DNA of 64,000 nucleotides from a virus (taxonomy: Duplodnaviria > Caudoviricetes): IMG/VR virus record IMGVR_UViG_3300024346_000003; one strand, given 5' to 3'. This document shows positions 28,387-38,525 of this stretch, in pieces. Under the pieces are notes generated by a model, which was given only the letters and a program-made list of their open reading frames with translations, was not told the origin of the DNA and ran no database searches. Made by a program: the position numbers and the translations under genes. Numbering within the stretch: the stretch's first letter is position 1; each line of letters starts with the position of its first letter.

Positions 28387-28941
28387 TCAACCAAAGATTA
28401 ATTCTTCGCCATTCATTTTGATAGCTAAAGTACTTGAAAGTTTGTATTGTGTAAACTTGTTTGACTTCAAATCTTTTTTAAGTTGATTTTTAGCCAATGT
28501 AAGCGCACGAGAATTAACGATTGGGTAAACACCTTGCTCGATAACAGTTTTGCTGTTACGTAAGCCGAAAATGTAAATTTCGCCAGTTTCGTTGTGTACC
28601 TTAATACCTTTCGCTACGATAGTGTAAGCGTCAATTTGTCCGTTAGAACGATTTTCGTTAGGGTTAACAAAAGAATTGATTAATTCAACTCTAGCTTTCT
28701 CTAATAAGATAGAATTACCGCCTAAGGTAGTAACGTCTAAAGATTGTAACGTTTCAATATCTTTCAACTTTGCGTTAGAAAGACTTGCACCAACGTTAAC
28801 AAGGTTGTTAGATACTTCACCGAAAGAATTTGTATATCCTTTGATAGATACGAAAGAAACGCCCGTAGGGGATTTAGCTAATACTTTAGTAAGATTAGTA
28901 ATAACTTGAAGTGCGATTGTTGACTTGTTGATAGTTTCCAT
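28387..28941 (-). CDS. early hypothetical protein
   Basis: 184-aa ORF with own promoter and terminator. Confidence 0.8.
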   Translation of the reverse strand: METINKSTIALQVITNLTKVLAKSPTGVSFVSIKGYTNSFGEVSNNLVNVGASLSNAKLKDIETLQSLDVTTLGGNSILLEKARVELINSFVNPNENRSNGQIDAYTIVAKGIKVHNETGEIYIFGLRNSKTVIEQGVYPIVNSRALTLAKNQLKKDLKSNKFTQYKLSSTLAIKMNGEELIFG

Positions 28942-29134
28942 AATTAAAAATTTTAAGTTGTTTTAAATAGACAATACAAATATAGGTATTTTATTTTGAT
29001 TGTGCAAATTTTTGTGTAATTATTTTCGTGTAGTTATTAACATTTTTTTGTTGAAAAGTATATGTTAAATAATTAGGATATGTTAAATATTATTTGTACC
29101 TTTGCAAAATTTTTCATATATGTATTTTTTTTTT

Positions 29135-29181
29135 ATAAGGTAGGTCGGAGTCTACTCTCCTATTACTTTCGTACTAGCCCC
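29135..29181 (-). ncRNA. structured small RNA family copy 1
   Basis: GGGGCTAG-TAC-GAAA-GTA-ATAGG-AGAGTAGACTCC-GACCTACC after own promoter. Confidence 0.65.
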
Positions 29182-29249
29182 TTTCTTTGTTATAACAAAT
29201 ATAGGAATAAAAAATGGTACTACCAAATTATAGTACCATTATTTTTAAT

Positions 29250-29483
29250 TTATTTTGATAAAGTTTTTAGCTCAGCTTTTATGCGTTTTGCCGTTTCACC
29301 TTTCCAAGTGTTAGCGTTACATAGGAAGTAAATAACGATACTTTTACCACTGTCCCAGCCGTACTTATCGTTAACCGATGTTAAGCTTTCCATAGCTTCT
29401 AAATAAGGTTTTGCGGCGTAATTAGGTTTAACCCAATCTTTTTTAATTTCACTTGCGATTTGATAAAGAGGTCTTGCGTTCAT
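29250..29483 (-). CDS. early hypothetical phage protein
   Basis: own promoter; AAKPYLEAM..YG.DSGKSIV.YFL.NANTWKGE motif. Confidence 0.75.
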   Translation of the reverse strand: MNARPLYQIASEIKKDWVKPNYAAKPYLEAMESLTSVNDKYGWDSGKSIVIYFLCNANTWKGETAKRIKAELKTLSK

Positions 29484-29546
29484 AATATACATTGTTTTAA
29501 ATTAGACAATACAAATATAAGTAATTTATTTCATATTTCCAAATAA

Positions 29547-29801
29547 TTACACAATTACTTTATTGTTATTTTCCCAAGCCCCCATATCTTTTGATTTATA
29601 GATTTTAAACCAATCGATATTTTGAATATCTTTTGAATCAACTAATTTACATGATAGATTAAATAATGAATGTGGCATTCTCCAATTAAGGGCATACCTA
29701 GATTTAATTGAATCTGATGCATTTTTAATCCATGTATGAAACAATTCTGTTCTTGTTTCAATATCATTAGCACCATTGAATATTTCCTCTGCGTTAAACA
29801 T
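29547..29801 (-). CDS. early hypothetical protein
   Basis: ATG after promoter module. Confidence 0.7.
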   Translation of the reverse strand: MFNAEEIFNGANDIETRTELFHTWIKNASDSIKSRYALNWRMPHSLFNLSCKLVDSKDIQNIDWFKIYKSKDMGAWENNNKVIV

Positions 29802-29900
29802 AATATATTGTTTTAAATTAGACAATACAAATATAAGAATACTATTTCAATTATCCTAATTATTTAACAAAAAAAAAGGGACTTTTTGTCCCCTTTAATT

Positions 29901-30176
29901 TTAGCTTTGTCCTTGTCGATAATTGTTACAATGGTTTCTATCAAATAGTTTATTTAATGTTTTGGTATGTTTTGTTTTTTTATGGTGTTTTTTATAGTTA
30001 AACCCATTTTTAGGTTTATCTTTTTTGATTTTAAAATTCTCAAAGATAATTGGTTTATCCTTTATTGAAATTTTGGTCACTATTGAATTTTCGATTTTTG
30101 TAACGTTTAGCATTTCAGTTGCTAACAATTGTGTAGTAAAAAACGACACTAACAAGAACATAATTAAATTTTTCAT
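29901..30176 (-). CDS. secreted/basic hypothetical protein
   Basis: signal-peptide-like N-terminus, Lys/His-rich tail. Confidence 0.65.
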   Translation of the reverse strand: MKNLIMFLLVSFFTTQLLATEMLNVTKIENSIVTKISIKDKPIIFENFKIKKDKPKNGFNYKKHHKKTKHTKTLNKLFDRNHCNNYRQGQS

Positions 30177-30239
30177 TTTTAAACGATTTAAATTAGACAT
30201 GAAACAAAGATAAGTAATTTATTTTAATCTACCAAACTT

Positions 30240-30410
30240 TTAGTAAGTTTTTTTTGATTTATTTTGACAATAAAAAGCATCAATAAATGTAGTTAAACCT
30301 ACAAGCATTCCAAATACTGAAATTGCACCAAGAATTGGTTCGTTAACATAAGCGCACAATGTGAACAAAGTTGTTGATAATACTAAAGTAATTAAAGAGA
30401 TAGTTTTCAT
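30240..30410 (-). CDS. 56-aa membrane protein (not in ORF track)
   Basis: hand translation MKTISLITLVLSTTLF..., two hydrophobic segments, own promoter. Confidence 0.65.
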   Translation of the reverse strand: MKTISLITLVLSTTLFTLCAYVNEPILGAISVFGMLVGLTTFIDAFYCQNKSKKTY

Positions 30411-30510
30411 AATGTATGTATTTTAATTAGACAATACAAATATAAGTAATTTATTTCAATCCACCAAATAAAATAGGATAATTATTTTATTTATTTTAAT
30501 CTTTTTTTTT

Positions 30511-30562
30511 ATAAGGTAGGTCGGAGTCTACTCTTCTGCTACCTTTTTGAAGTATCAGCCCC
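30511..30562 (-). ncRNA. structured small RNA family copy 2
   Basis: GGGGCTGA-TAC..GTA-GCAGA-AGAGTAGACTCC-GACCTACC after own promoter. Confidence 0.65.
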
Positions 30563-30630
30563 TTTTGTTAAAACAAAGATAAGGATAAGTTTTCACTTAT
30601 CCAAATCTTTTTTGATTTATTTTTGATTTT

Positions 30631-30900
30631 TTATTCAGCCACTAAAGTTAGTCTGTACTGCTCTAACTTTTCAGCGATGACATCAGCGCCACCCTTAACC
30701 CCGAAGTAACGTTTAACGTCTGTTATCTTCCAAAATCTGTGAGGTTTGATACCTTTGCTATATAACTTGCAATCTCTAATTGAAAGGATTAAGTTCCAAT
30801 ATGCTCTGCTAGTTTCAGCACCATTAACACTCAAACCATTTCCGAAGTCAGCTTCGAATTGCGTTCCTTTGATTTCCTTTAAAAATGTTTCCTTTTTCAT
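30631..30900 (-). CDS. early hypothetical protein
   Basis: ATG after promoter module. Confidence 0.7.
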   Translation of the reverse strand: MKKETFLKEIKGTQFEADFGNGLSVNGAETSRAYWNLILSIRDCKLYSKGIKPHRFWKITDVKRYFGVKGGADVIAEKLEQYRLTLVAE

Positions 30901-31050
30901 AATACGTTGTTTTAAATAGACAATACAAATATAAGTAATCTTTTTCAATATTCCAAATAAAATAGGATAATTATTTTATTTATTTTTTTTACTTAAAAAT
31001 TAGGTTATATCATTTATTATTCTTATCTTTGTTATGTACCAATAAGGTAA

Positions 31051-31096
31051 GGGGCTGAGCCGAGAGGAACAGAAGAGTAGACTCCGTCACGTCTAT
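31051..31096 (+). ncRNA. structured small RNA family copy 3
   Basis: GGGGCTGAG-CC-GAGA-GG-AACAGA-AGAGTAGACTCC-GTCACGTC after TATCTTTG promoter. Confidence 0.65.
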
Positions 31097-31183
31097 ACTT
31101 TTCCTTTGGATAAAAATGTTAAATAATTAGGATATCTTATTTATTATTATTATATTTGTAGTATCAATTTAAAATCAACAATT

Positions 31184-31402
31184 ATGAAAGTATTAAGAGA
31201 AGTTGGTGATGTTAAACTTAATGAAGGTCAACTAATGGCTAAAGGTTTAAATAATCTATACAACGAAAAAACAGGTCAATTATCATTATGGTTTGATAAT
31301 GAAGTTAAGGACTCCTTAATGAAATTACCCGATGATATATTTTTAGAAGTGGTTAGGGTTCATTTTGAACATGCCGAAGTTGGGCAATATAATCCAAACT
31401 AA
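31184..31402 (+). CDS. early hypothetical protein
   Basis: 72-aa ORF after TTAGGA..TATATTTG promoter. Confidence 0.7.
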   Translation: MKVLREVGDVKLNEGQLMAKGLNNLYNEKTGQLSLWFDNEVKDSLMKLPDDIFLEVVRVHFEHAEVGQYNPN

Positions 31403-31456
31403 TATAAAAGTAGATTAAATAAATAAGGGGGCTAAATTGCCCCCTTTCTTTCGTGC

Positions 31457-31476
31457 GTATACACGAATGTGTACAT
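31457..31476. repeat. palindromic (G/A)TATACAC-N4-GTGTA(C/T)AT element, copy 1 of 6
   Basis: also at 36692, 44355, 56542, 57067, 57529. Confidence 0.8.
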
Positions 31477-31488
31477 AGTGGGTGTATG

Positions 31489-31776
31489 CTATTGAGCACA
31501 CAACCCCCAAGGTTCAATCTTATCAATGTTTCGCCCATTCAAATTAAGTTCCTTGCAAATGAATTTAGCAAGTTTCTTATTTCCTGGTGTTCCTTCTGAA
31601 ATTTCACCCGTTTTAATTTGTTGGACAACGTATGACGGTTCCATACCCAATACTCTTGAACAAAACTTAACGTCTTGCCCTAAATAAAAAGACTTAGTTT
31701 TTGTCTTTGTTGATACAACCAACGACCAATTGTGGTCGAATCCGTAATTGCTAGTAATCTTAATTTCTGCGTTCAT
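31489..31776 (-). CDS. early hypothetical protein
   Basis: ATG after promoter module. Confidence 0.7.
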   Translation of the reverse strand: MNAEIKITSNYGFDHNWSLVVSTKTKTKSFYLGQDVKFCSRVLGMEPSYVVQQIKTGEISEGTPGNKKLAKFICKELNLNGRNIDKIEPWGLCAQ

Positions 31777-31850
31777 AATACTTTGTTTTAAAGTGACAAT
31801 ACAAATATAAGAAATAAAAACGACACTACCAAATGATAGTGCCATTATTT

Positions 31851-32081
31851 TTAAATTTCACAAATTCTTATTCCGAATTCCGTTTCAACATAAACTAGTT
31901 CTTCAATAGAACCACCTTTAACTTCATTAATAACGTAATCGAGTTCGTCTATTGGATAATCCCAAAGTGTTACATCTAAAATTTCTTCTGCAAATTCTTG
32001 TATGTCTTCAAGTTTTAGGTTTTTGGTTTCTTCATAACCTATTCGCTTTGCATACTCTTGTAATGAAATAGTTTCTAACAT
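31851..32081 (-). CDS. early hypothetical acidic protein
   Basis: own promoter. Confidence 0.7.
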   Translation of the reverse strand: MLETISLQEYAKRIGYEETKNLKLEDIQEFAEEILDVTLWDYPIDELDYVINEVKGGSIEELVYVETEFGIRICEI

Positions 32082-32339
32082 ACTTTCTAAGTTTTAAAGT
32101 GACAATACAAAGATACAAATATAAAATGGTATTTCCTAATTTAATTCCACTTTTTTTGTTTATGTTTATCTTTTCTTGTATAAGCTTTTTTTGACTTATG
32201 AACAGAATGACGCATTGCTTGTTGCAATTCGTGTTGAGTAATTTCGATAGTTTGAAGTTTCATAACTTATATTGTTTTAATTAGACAATACAAAGATAAG
32301 GATAACTTTTCAATTATCCAAATCTTTTGTTAATTATTT

Positions 32340-32657
32340 TTACATTGTATGAACATCATCTGTTATACTAAACGATATATCTCCATTTGCATCAACCTTG
32401 TTAGACACTAAACGAACAAGTGAGCTTTGCAAGTTACTTAATGAATTATACTTTTCGTATTTAATTCCTTTTGGTGTTCGTGCCCAAAGATTAGCACCCC
32501 ATGAAGAAATTTTGCAATCAGGTTTACCACTTCTATCTGCCAATACAACGTGAAACGTGTAAGGCTTATCAGATAAGTGAATGATAATTTGTTTTGCACC
32601 ATTATATAATTGGTCCAAAGTTACCTCTAATGATTTTAATGTGTTTAACGTTTTCAT
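32340..32657 (-). CDS. early hypothetical protein
   Basis: own promoter. Confidence 0.7.
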   Translation of the reverse strand: MKTLNTLKSLEVTLDQLYNGAKQIIIHLSDKPYTFHVVLADRSGKPDCKISSWGANLWARTPKGIKYEKYNSLSNLQSSLVRLVSNKVDANGDISFSITDDVHTM

Positions 32658-32745
32658 ATCTTATTGTTTTAAAGTGACAATACAAATATACAAAATAAAA
32701 ATGACACTACCAAATGATAGTGCCACTTTTTTTGTCAATCTAAAA

Positions 32746-33138
32746 CTAATCTAAGGTATTAAAGTAATCGTGTTTCATATTTGAAAGTGCTGAATATATG
32801 GTTTGGGAACCAATATCTTTACCTTCTTCATTTTTAATGGGTGTATTTCGTTTCAATATTTCCTTATATTCTTTATCATCGTAAATAAAACTTAAAAAGT
32901 CTATAATATGTCGTTTGCGATAATATTCAATTTGACTTGAAATGAATTTTTCAATAACTCTAGCAATTTGATAACTAGCTACTGTTGAAATAACACCAAT
33001 AATAATAACTAAACTTAACATAGCAAAAGTTGAGCTAAGTTCTATAAAAATTGGTGCGAACGATACTATTGTAATCGTTGTTGAAAATACAGCGATTATC
33101 GCTTTAAGTAATTTTGATTTTTCTACAAAGTTTAACAT
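32746..33138 (-). CDS. early membrane protein
   Basis: two N-terminal hydrophobic helices; own promoter. Confidence 0.7.
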   Translation of the reverse strand: MLNFVEKSKLLKAIIAVFSTTITIVSFAPIFIELSSTFAMLSLVIIIGVISTVASYQIARVIEKFISSQIEYYRKRHIIDFLSFIYDDKEYKEILKRNTPIKNEEGKDIGSQTIYSALSNMKHDYFNTLD

Positions 33139-33209
33139 AATTTTCTGTTTTAATTGGTTAAGACAAATATACAAATATAAAATGATATTTCCTAATTTAT
33201 TTTAAAGTA

Positions 33210-33287
33210 TTATTCATTTCCGTAGCCAGTTATTGATGCAATAATAAAAACCAACCCCATTACGATATAATCAAGTGCTTTTTTCAT
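33210..33287 (-). CDS. 25-aa single-TM micropeptide
   Basis: hand translation MKKALDYIVMGLVFIIASITGYGNE. Confidence 0.55.
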   Translation of the reverse strand: MKKALDYIVMGLVFIIASITGYGNE

Positions 33288-33289
33288 AA

Positions 33290-33373
33290 TTATCTTTTTA
33301 ATTCAATTATTAATGCTCCCACCAATACTGCAATAACTACTATTACTATTGCTGCAATAAAACCTACTACCAT
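33290..33373 (-). CDS. 27-aa single-TM micropeptide
   Basis: hand translation MVVGFIAAIVIVVIAVLVGALIIELKR. Confidence 0.55.
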   Translation of the reverse strand: MVVGFIAAIVIVVIAVLVGALIIELKR

Positions 33374-33376
33374 AAC

Positions 33377-33448
33377 TTAAGATTTTCTAATTTTAGTATC
33401 AAATGCTAAAACCACTGCGAATAAAAATATAACTGCTAATGCGCTCAT
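33377..33448 (-). CDS. 23-aa single-TM micropeptide
   Basis: hand translation MSALAVIFLFAVVLAFDTKIRKS; first ORF after promoter module. Confidence 0.6.
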   Translation of the reverse strand: MSALAVIFLFAVVLAFDTKIRKS

Positions 33449-33492
33449 AACTTTTTGTTTTAAAGTGACAATACAAATATAGGTAAAATATT

Positions 33493-33969
33493 CTACACTT
33501 CCAAATGTTTTACCAATATTTTTTTAATTTGTTTATTGTCACTTCTATCAAACGTATTATTCCATCTACCTTTGTATTTTGACTTAAGCATACTATCTAA
33601 AATAGTAAACGGCATATCAACAGAATGACAATGACTAAAAATTGGGTGCATTGTTAAATCATCGAAAAATCCTTTGCTATCAATATAAAACACTTTCTTT
33701 GATGTTTTAATTGTTACCATTACGTGTGACCAATCTGTTTTGAACAAATCAATTATAGCCTTATTTGCAATATGTCTGTTACTTTCGTAAACGCTATGTT
33801 CACGAACTAATAAAACCAATTCAGGTTTAAACCCTTTCTTAGTCAATACATTGTAAATGTGTTTTGCAACGAAACCACAACCACCACTATTAACATATCT
33901 AACTGAATTATCAATCTCATCGAATGATGATAATAAAGACTTTTTAATTTTAGCATTTAAGAATCCCAT
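33493..33969 (-). CDS. early hypothetical protein
   Basis: NSGGCG and SHVMV motifs, possibly papain-like Cys/His; own promoter. Confidence 0.7.
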   Translation of the reverse strand: MGFLNAKIKKSLLSSFDEIDNSVRYVNSGGCGFVAKHIYNVLTKKGFKPELVLLVREHSVYESNRHIANKAIIDLFKTDWSHVMVTIKTSKKVFYIDSKGFFDDLTMHPIFSHCHSVDMPFTILDSMLKSKYKGRWNNTFDRSDNKQIKKILVKHLEV

Positions 33970-34098
33970 AACTATTTGTTTTAAAGTGACAATACAAATA
34001 TAAGAATATAAAACGATATAACCTAATTTTTAATTAAAATAATTTATCTTATTTTATTAGGATATATCAAATATTTTCCTTACCTTTGTTTTGTCGAT

Positions 34099-34149
34099 GG
34101 GGCTGACACGAGAGTGGTAGTAGAGTAGACTCCTTGGGATACCTACTAC
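34099..34149 (+). ncRNA. structured small RNA family copy 4
   Basis: GGGGCTGA-CAC-GAGA-GTG-GTAGT-AGAGTAGACTCC after TACCTTTG promoter. Confidence 0.65.
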
Positions 34150-34218
34150 AAATTTGAGCCAACAAATAAAAAAGAGGGATTTCTCCCTCTTCTCATCAAC
34201 CAACTTAAAACAACAACT

Positions 34219-34476
34219 TTATACTGCGATAACCCAATCAGTAACCTCCCAATTCACGCTTGATGATACGCTATACCCTTTCTCTCTCAATCTTTGAGCA
34301 ACAATAGGCATATACATATACTCTTCAACACTCCAACCATAGCTTGGTGCACATTGTGCCGTTTCAAACTTGGTAGTTAAATACTCACCCCCTAATCGGC
34401 TTTCAATTCGAGCCATTAATTCATTAATGAATAACTCTTTTCTTTCTTGCGGTGTTAATGTTTTTGTTTCTGACAT
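34219..34476 (-). CDS. early hypothetical protein
   Basis: own promoter. Confidence 0.7.
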   Translation of the reverse strand: MSETKTLTPQERKELFINELMARIESRLGGEYLTTKFETAQCAPSYGWSVEEYMYMPIVAQRLREKGYSVSSSVNWEVTDWVIAV

Positions 34477-34684
34477 AATACTTTGTTTTAATTAGACAAT
34501 ACAAATATAAGAATATAAAACGATATAACCTAATTTTTATTTATCTTTTTCAAGTGAAACATTAAAAATAGTTCCAAATATGTTTTCAAATATTGATTTA
34601 ACATATAAGGTCTCTTTAATAGTTGTCTCATTATAGCACAACTCACCCTCATTATTGATATATAGATTTGAATTTTCCATTTTA

Positions 34685-35002
34685 TTAATTGTTATAAGTT
34701 ACCATTACTGAATCACTACAAAGAAAAACACTACAAGCAGTCAATTTCTCCATTGCCGTTTTAATAACGTATGTTCTAACTAGAAAATAAGATTTGTCTT
34801 GCTCAACTTGGAATTGTGTTCTACCAACGAAGTCAAATAAGCCCTCCTCAATGATTGTATCCATTTTCTTAATGGAATTCATTCCAAACAAATAATAAGC
34901 CATTAGGTTTGGGAAATCGTAGTTCTCTACTAATTGTCCGATTGAATACTGTCTTGAATAAAATTCAATTTCAGATTTTGGATAAGAATAATTTGCTTTC
35001 AT
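34685..35002 (-). CDS. early hypothetical protein
   Basis: own promoter. Confidence 0.7.
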   Translation of the reverse strand: MKANYSYPKSEIEFYSRQYSIGQLVENYDFPNLMAYYLFGMNSIKKMDTIIEEGLFDFVGRTQFQVEQDKSYFLVRTYVIKTAMEKLTACSVFLCSDSVMVTYNN

Positions 35003-35076
35003 AATGTATGTGTTTTAAATAGACAATACAAATATAAGTAATTTATTTCAATCTACCAAATATAAAACGATATTTT

Positions 35077-35301
35077 TTATATTGGTGAAATTTGATGTCC
35101 CTTTGCCCAATGACCATTATCAAGGTCAACGACAATTCTATCTGTATATTTCCAAAAAACTTGGTCTACAGGTTCCCCATACTTTTCACCAGCTTTGCAT
35201 AGTTCAATACCCGTCACTTTCGCTTTGAGTGGTGCAGCACCACCAAATCCACCTCGCCACATTACTTGGTCACCAACCTTAAGTGTAATTTTATTTGCCA
35301 T
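35077..35301 (-). CDS. early hypothetical protein (SH3-like beta barrel possible)
   Basis: LKVGDQVMWRGGFG motif; own promoter. Confidence 0.7.
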   Translation of the reverse strand: MANKITLKVGDQVMWRGGFGGAAPLKAKVTGIELCKAGEKYGEPVDQVFWKYTDRIVVDLDNGHWAKGHQISPI

Positions 35302-35386
35302 TTCGTTTCGTTTTAAATTAGACAATACAAATATAAAACAAAAAAATGACACTACCAAATTGTAGTGCCACTTTTTTTAATTATTT

Positions 35387-36154
35387 TTACTTTACTGAAA
35401 ATTCAGCTTTGTAAATTTTAACCAAGTGGTCATAAAACTCACCCTCATTTTCACTGAATTTCATGTGGGCAATTTTAAGTGCTTCTGACGTTTTTAAAAT
35501 TGCTTCTGACATTCTATTGTAATCTTTACAAAGTCGCATAATTTTGTATAAACTTCTGCGAACAAATGCCTTGTCAGGTATTGCATTTTTAACTAACATA
35601 ACCGCATCCAATAATTCCATGCTATCAGCCTCATTAACAAAAGTCATCTCACCACTAGTGAATACTTTACGGTTATTTGAACCAATAAAGATAAATAACA
35701 AGTCAGTCATAGTTAAACCTGTTTTTGTTTTTAATTCACTCATGATTATATATTCACGAATACCATTTGATTGGTATGAATCCATGTAGATTTTTGGTGA
35801 CCAACCCGCAGATGTATTATTTAATGTAGCAATGTACTTTGTTAAATTCAATTTTGAGTCAGATAACAACTCAACAATCAAAACATGAATAGGTAGTTCA
35901 AGTCGTTGTGCTGCTAAAAATCGATGTTGACCGTCAGCAATATAGTATTCAATTTTACCACTAATTGATTTAGTTTTAACTACTGTAATAACCACAGAAC
36001 CCGAACCAAACTTTTTAAAACTATCAACAAGTTTATTTACGTGTGATTCACGTGTGTTTCTGTTTGTACCTTTAAGTAGTTTGTACTTTGAAAAGTCAGT
36101 ACAATTTGAAATAAATTCAACAAATACCGATAATGGAAGATTTTTGTTACTCAT
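35387..36154 (-). CDS. ParB/Srx N-terminal-like (DGQHR) domain protein
   Basis: NRNTRESHVNKLVDSF...YIADGQHRFLAA..LELPI. Confidence 0.7.
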   Translation of the reverse strand: MSNKNLPLSVFVEFISNCTDFSKYKLLKGTNRNTRESHVNKLVDSFKKFGSGSVVITVVKTKSISGKIEYYIADGQHRFLAAQRLELPIHVLIVELLSDSKLNLTKYIATLNNTSAGWSPKIYMDSYQSNGIREYIIMSELKTKTGLTMTDLLFIFIGSNNRKVFTSGEMTFVNEADSMELLDAVMLVKNAIPDKAFVRRSLYKIMRLCKDYNRMSEAILKTSEALKIAHMKFSENEGEFYDHLVKIYKAEFSVK

Positions 36155-36306
36155 AACGTTTATGTTTTAATAATTAGACAATACAAATATAAGTAAACTA
36201 TTTCAATCTACCAAATAAAATAGGATAATTATTTATTTATTTTTTTGTATAAAAATTAGGATATATCATTTATTATCCTTACCTTTGTTATGTACCCGAT
36301 AGGTAT

Positions 36307-36355
36307 GGGCTGACACTCACAAGGTGGTAGTAGAGTAGACTCCGTCACGTCTATA
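36307..36355 (+). ncRNA. structured small RNA family copy 5
   Basis: GGGCTGA-CAC-TCACAAG-GTG-GTAGT-AGAGTAGACTCC-GTCACGTC. Confidence 0.65.
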
Positions 36356-36430
36356 TATGACCTGGACCAAAAAATACATTACAGTAAACTATTTAGTGTA
36401 AACTAAATTAGGAAATATGGTTTTATATTA

Positions 36431-36628
36431 TTATCTTTGTGACAATCTAATAAGTTGGCGTTGTATGAAATCAACATCTTTCTGACCATCATCAACCGAT
36501 TGTTCATCTTTTCGCTTATAAGCATTGAATAGTTTAGTCTGTGCTTTTTTAAGCATACTTAACCAACCTTCATACTCACTCATTCCTGAGTTTTGTAGTC
36601 CAACATTTTTATCTATTAATTTATCCAT
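36431..36628 (-). CDS. small hypothetical protein
   Basis: 65-aa ORF after ATATTTAT. Confidence 0.6.
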   Translation of the reverse strand: MDKLIDKNVGLQNSGMSEYEGWLSMLKKAQTKLFNAYKRKDEQSVDDGQKDVDFIQRQLIRLSQR

Positions 36629-36791
36629 CTTAAATAATAATATAATATAAATATACGAATAATATATTAAATATGCAAATTATACACGCACGTATACACG
36701 AATGTGTACATAACAACAAAGGAGATATCTCTATCTCCCTTGCTGTTCTTTGTCTGTCTATTAAAACAACCTTACACGTTGTATCTTTGTC

Positions 36792-37241
36792 TTATTCGAC
36801 CAAATCAAAGATTAATTCTGTATATCCTTTTGGAATGTCAGCTTTTCTACTTTCAATTGAAATAGTATCTCTAGCCCAACTTCCAACTAAATCACTTTCA
36901 CCTCTAAAGTCACCACCACCTCGACCATTACCCTCGCAAGTTAACAATGGTAGTGGGTGAATTTTCCAACCGTCACCATCTGCTGGTACCTTTGTTTTAT
37001 CAACAAATTGTTTTTTGTCGTGGTTAACAATGTACTTCGCTTTTGCAATTGGTAATATTTTAAAGTCTCTAGTGTTTGGACTTAACTTTGGCGCTGAACA
37101 TTCAGCAATACTTTGTGTATTCGCACCCGATTTTTCCAAATCTTCCAAACTGAAACCTTGCTCAACTAGCATAGGGATTACTTCTTTAGGTATGTTTTCA
37201 AACGGTTCCTCATCTGCTTTATTCCAACTAAAACTTCCCAT
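36792..37241 (-). CDS. early hypothetical protein
   Basis: IHPLPLLTCEGNGRGGGD motif; own promoter. Confidence 0.7.
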   Translation of the reverse strand: MGSFSWNKADEEPFENIPKEVIPMLVEQGFSLEDLEKSGANTQSIAECSAPKLSPNTRDFKILPIAKAKYIVNHDKKQFVDKTKVPADGDGWKIHPLPLLTCEGNGRGGGDFRGESDLVGSWARDTISIESRKADIPKGYTELIFDLVE

Positions 37242-37316
37242 AGGATATATTTTTTGTTTGTTTTAACAAAGATAAGGATAATATTTCAATTATCCAAATC
37301 TTTTGTTAATTATTTT

Positions 37317-37616
37317 TTACCACTGAAATTCAGTTTTAAACGATACCTTTGACTCAATCCAATCCAATACCTCACCAGCATAGTAAGACGTTGTTAAATC
37401 GAATAAAAACCAATCAACTTTGCTTCTAGCATCAGGTTCGTCAGTCATCACTTCCAAACGTGTAAATTCTTTTGCTTTACTTTGGTCGCTACCTTTAGTA
37501 CTACCTTTTGAATAGTCCCATACTTTACCAATAACTGTTACTTTCTTTGCAGTCGTTTCAACGGTAATAATACCTCCTTTGCAGTATTCACCAATCTTAA
37601 ATGTTTTTGTTGCCAT
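37317..37616 (-). CDS. early hypothetical protein
   Basis: own promoter. Confidence 0.7.
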   Translation of the reverse strand: MATKTFKIGEYCKGGIITVETTAKKVTVIGKVWDYSKGSTKGSDQSKAKEFTRLEVMTDEPDARSKVDWFLFDLTTSYYAGEVLDWIESKVSFKTEFQW

Positions 37617-37689
37617 GTTATATGTTTTTAAATTAGACAATACAAATATAAAACAATATAATGATATATCCTAATTATTCTTTAAATAA

Positions 37690-37953
37690 TTATTTTTCGT
37701 TGGTGCAAATAGTATCACCATTACCGTTGTATAACTCAACTGTTGATTGATTACCATTTTCTTCAATTGTCATTTGTTCGGAAGTTTCAAGTAATAATTC
37801 ACTATCATGTGCAATTCTATCTTCAAATTCTGTAAACATATCCTCAGAACTAGATACTATACCATTCTTTATTTTTTCGGAAACCTTATCAATATTTTCA
37901 TCATCGAAATATACTCGTTCCCAAATCGTAACTTTAAAATCTACATAAGCCAT
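37690..37953 (-). CDS. early hypothetical protein
   Basis: own promoter. Confidence 0.7.
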   Translation of the reverse strand: MAYVDFKVTIWERVYFDDENIDKVSEKIKNGIVSSSEDMFTEFEDRIAHDSELLLETSEQMTIEENGNQSTVELYNGNGDTICTNEK

Positions 37954-37993
37954 AATAATACGTTTTTAAATTAGACAATACAAATATAAGAAT

Positions 37994-38254
37994 TTAATTT
38001 GGCAAATCCAAATTTATATGAATATAAGACATAAAATAATCATGAGCGTTAATAAATTGGTTATTATATTCGTCCATAAAATCACTCAAACGTAATATCG
38101 TTATTTTATCATAAAGTGAAATATTATCGTTCAATTTTTGATTAATAGTTTCTACAACCCCAACTCTGCTATCAAATTTTTGATTTTCAATTTCCTCACA
38201 AGTTTTTCTTGCTCTATAACATTTAACCGAAATAAGTACCACACAAGTTTCCAT
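37994..38254 (-). CDS. early hypothetical protein
   Basis: 86-aa ORF. Confidence 0.65.
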   Translation of the reverse strand: METCVVLISVKCYRARKTCEEIENQKFDSRVGVVETINQKLNDNISLYDKITILRLSDFMDEYNNQFINAHDYFMSYIHINLDLPN

Positions 38255-38266
38255 AATAATATCCTT

Positions 38267-38467
38267 TTAAATAATAGTTAAAATGTCTTGTGGAACAATA
38301 TCAATCAATCCACCTTCATATTGAACATAAACCAATTCTTCATCATCACTTGGTTCTGAACATACAATAGCAATTGAACTCATTTCACTACGGAAAGGTT
38401 CTGTACATTCGTCAGTTAAATAACATTCAGCTATCTCAACTTTAATACCCTCTTTAAACTCGCTCAT
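38267..38467 (-). CDS. early hypothetical protein
   Basis: own promoter. Confidence 0.65.
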   Translation of the reverse strand: MSEFKEGIKVEIAECYLTDECTEPFRSEMSSIAIVCSEPSDDEELVYVQYEGGLIDIVPQDILTII

Positions 38468-38525
38468 AATATTTTGTTTTAATTAGACAATACAAATATA
38501 ATAATATAAAATGATATATCCTAAT

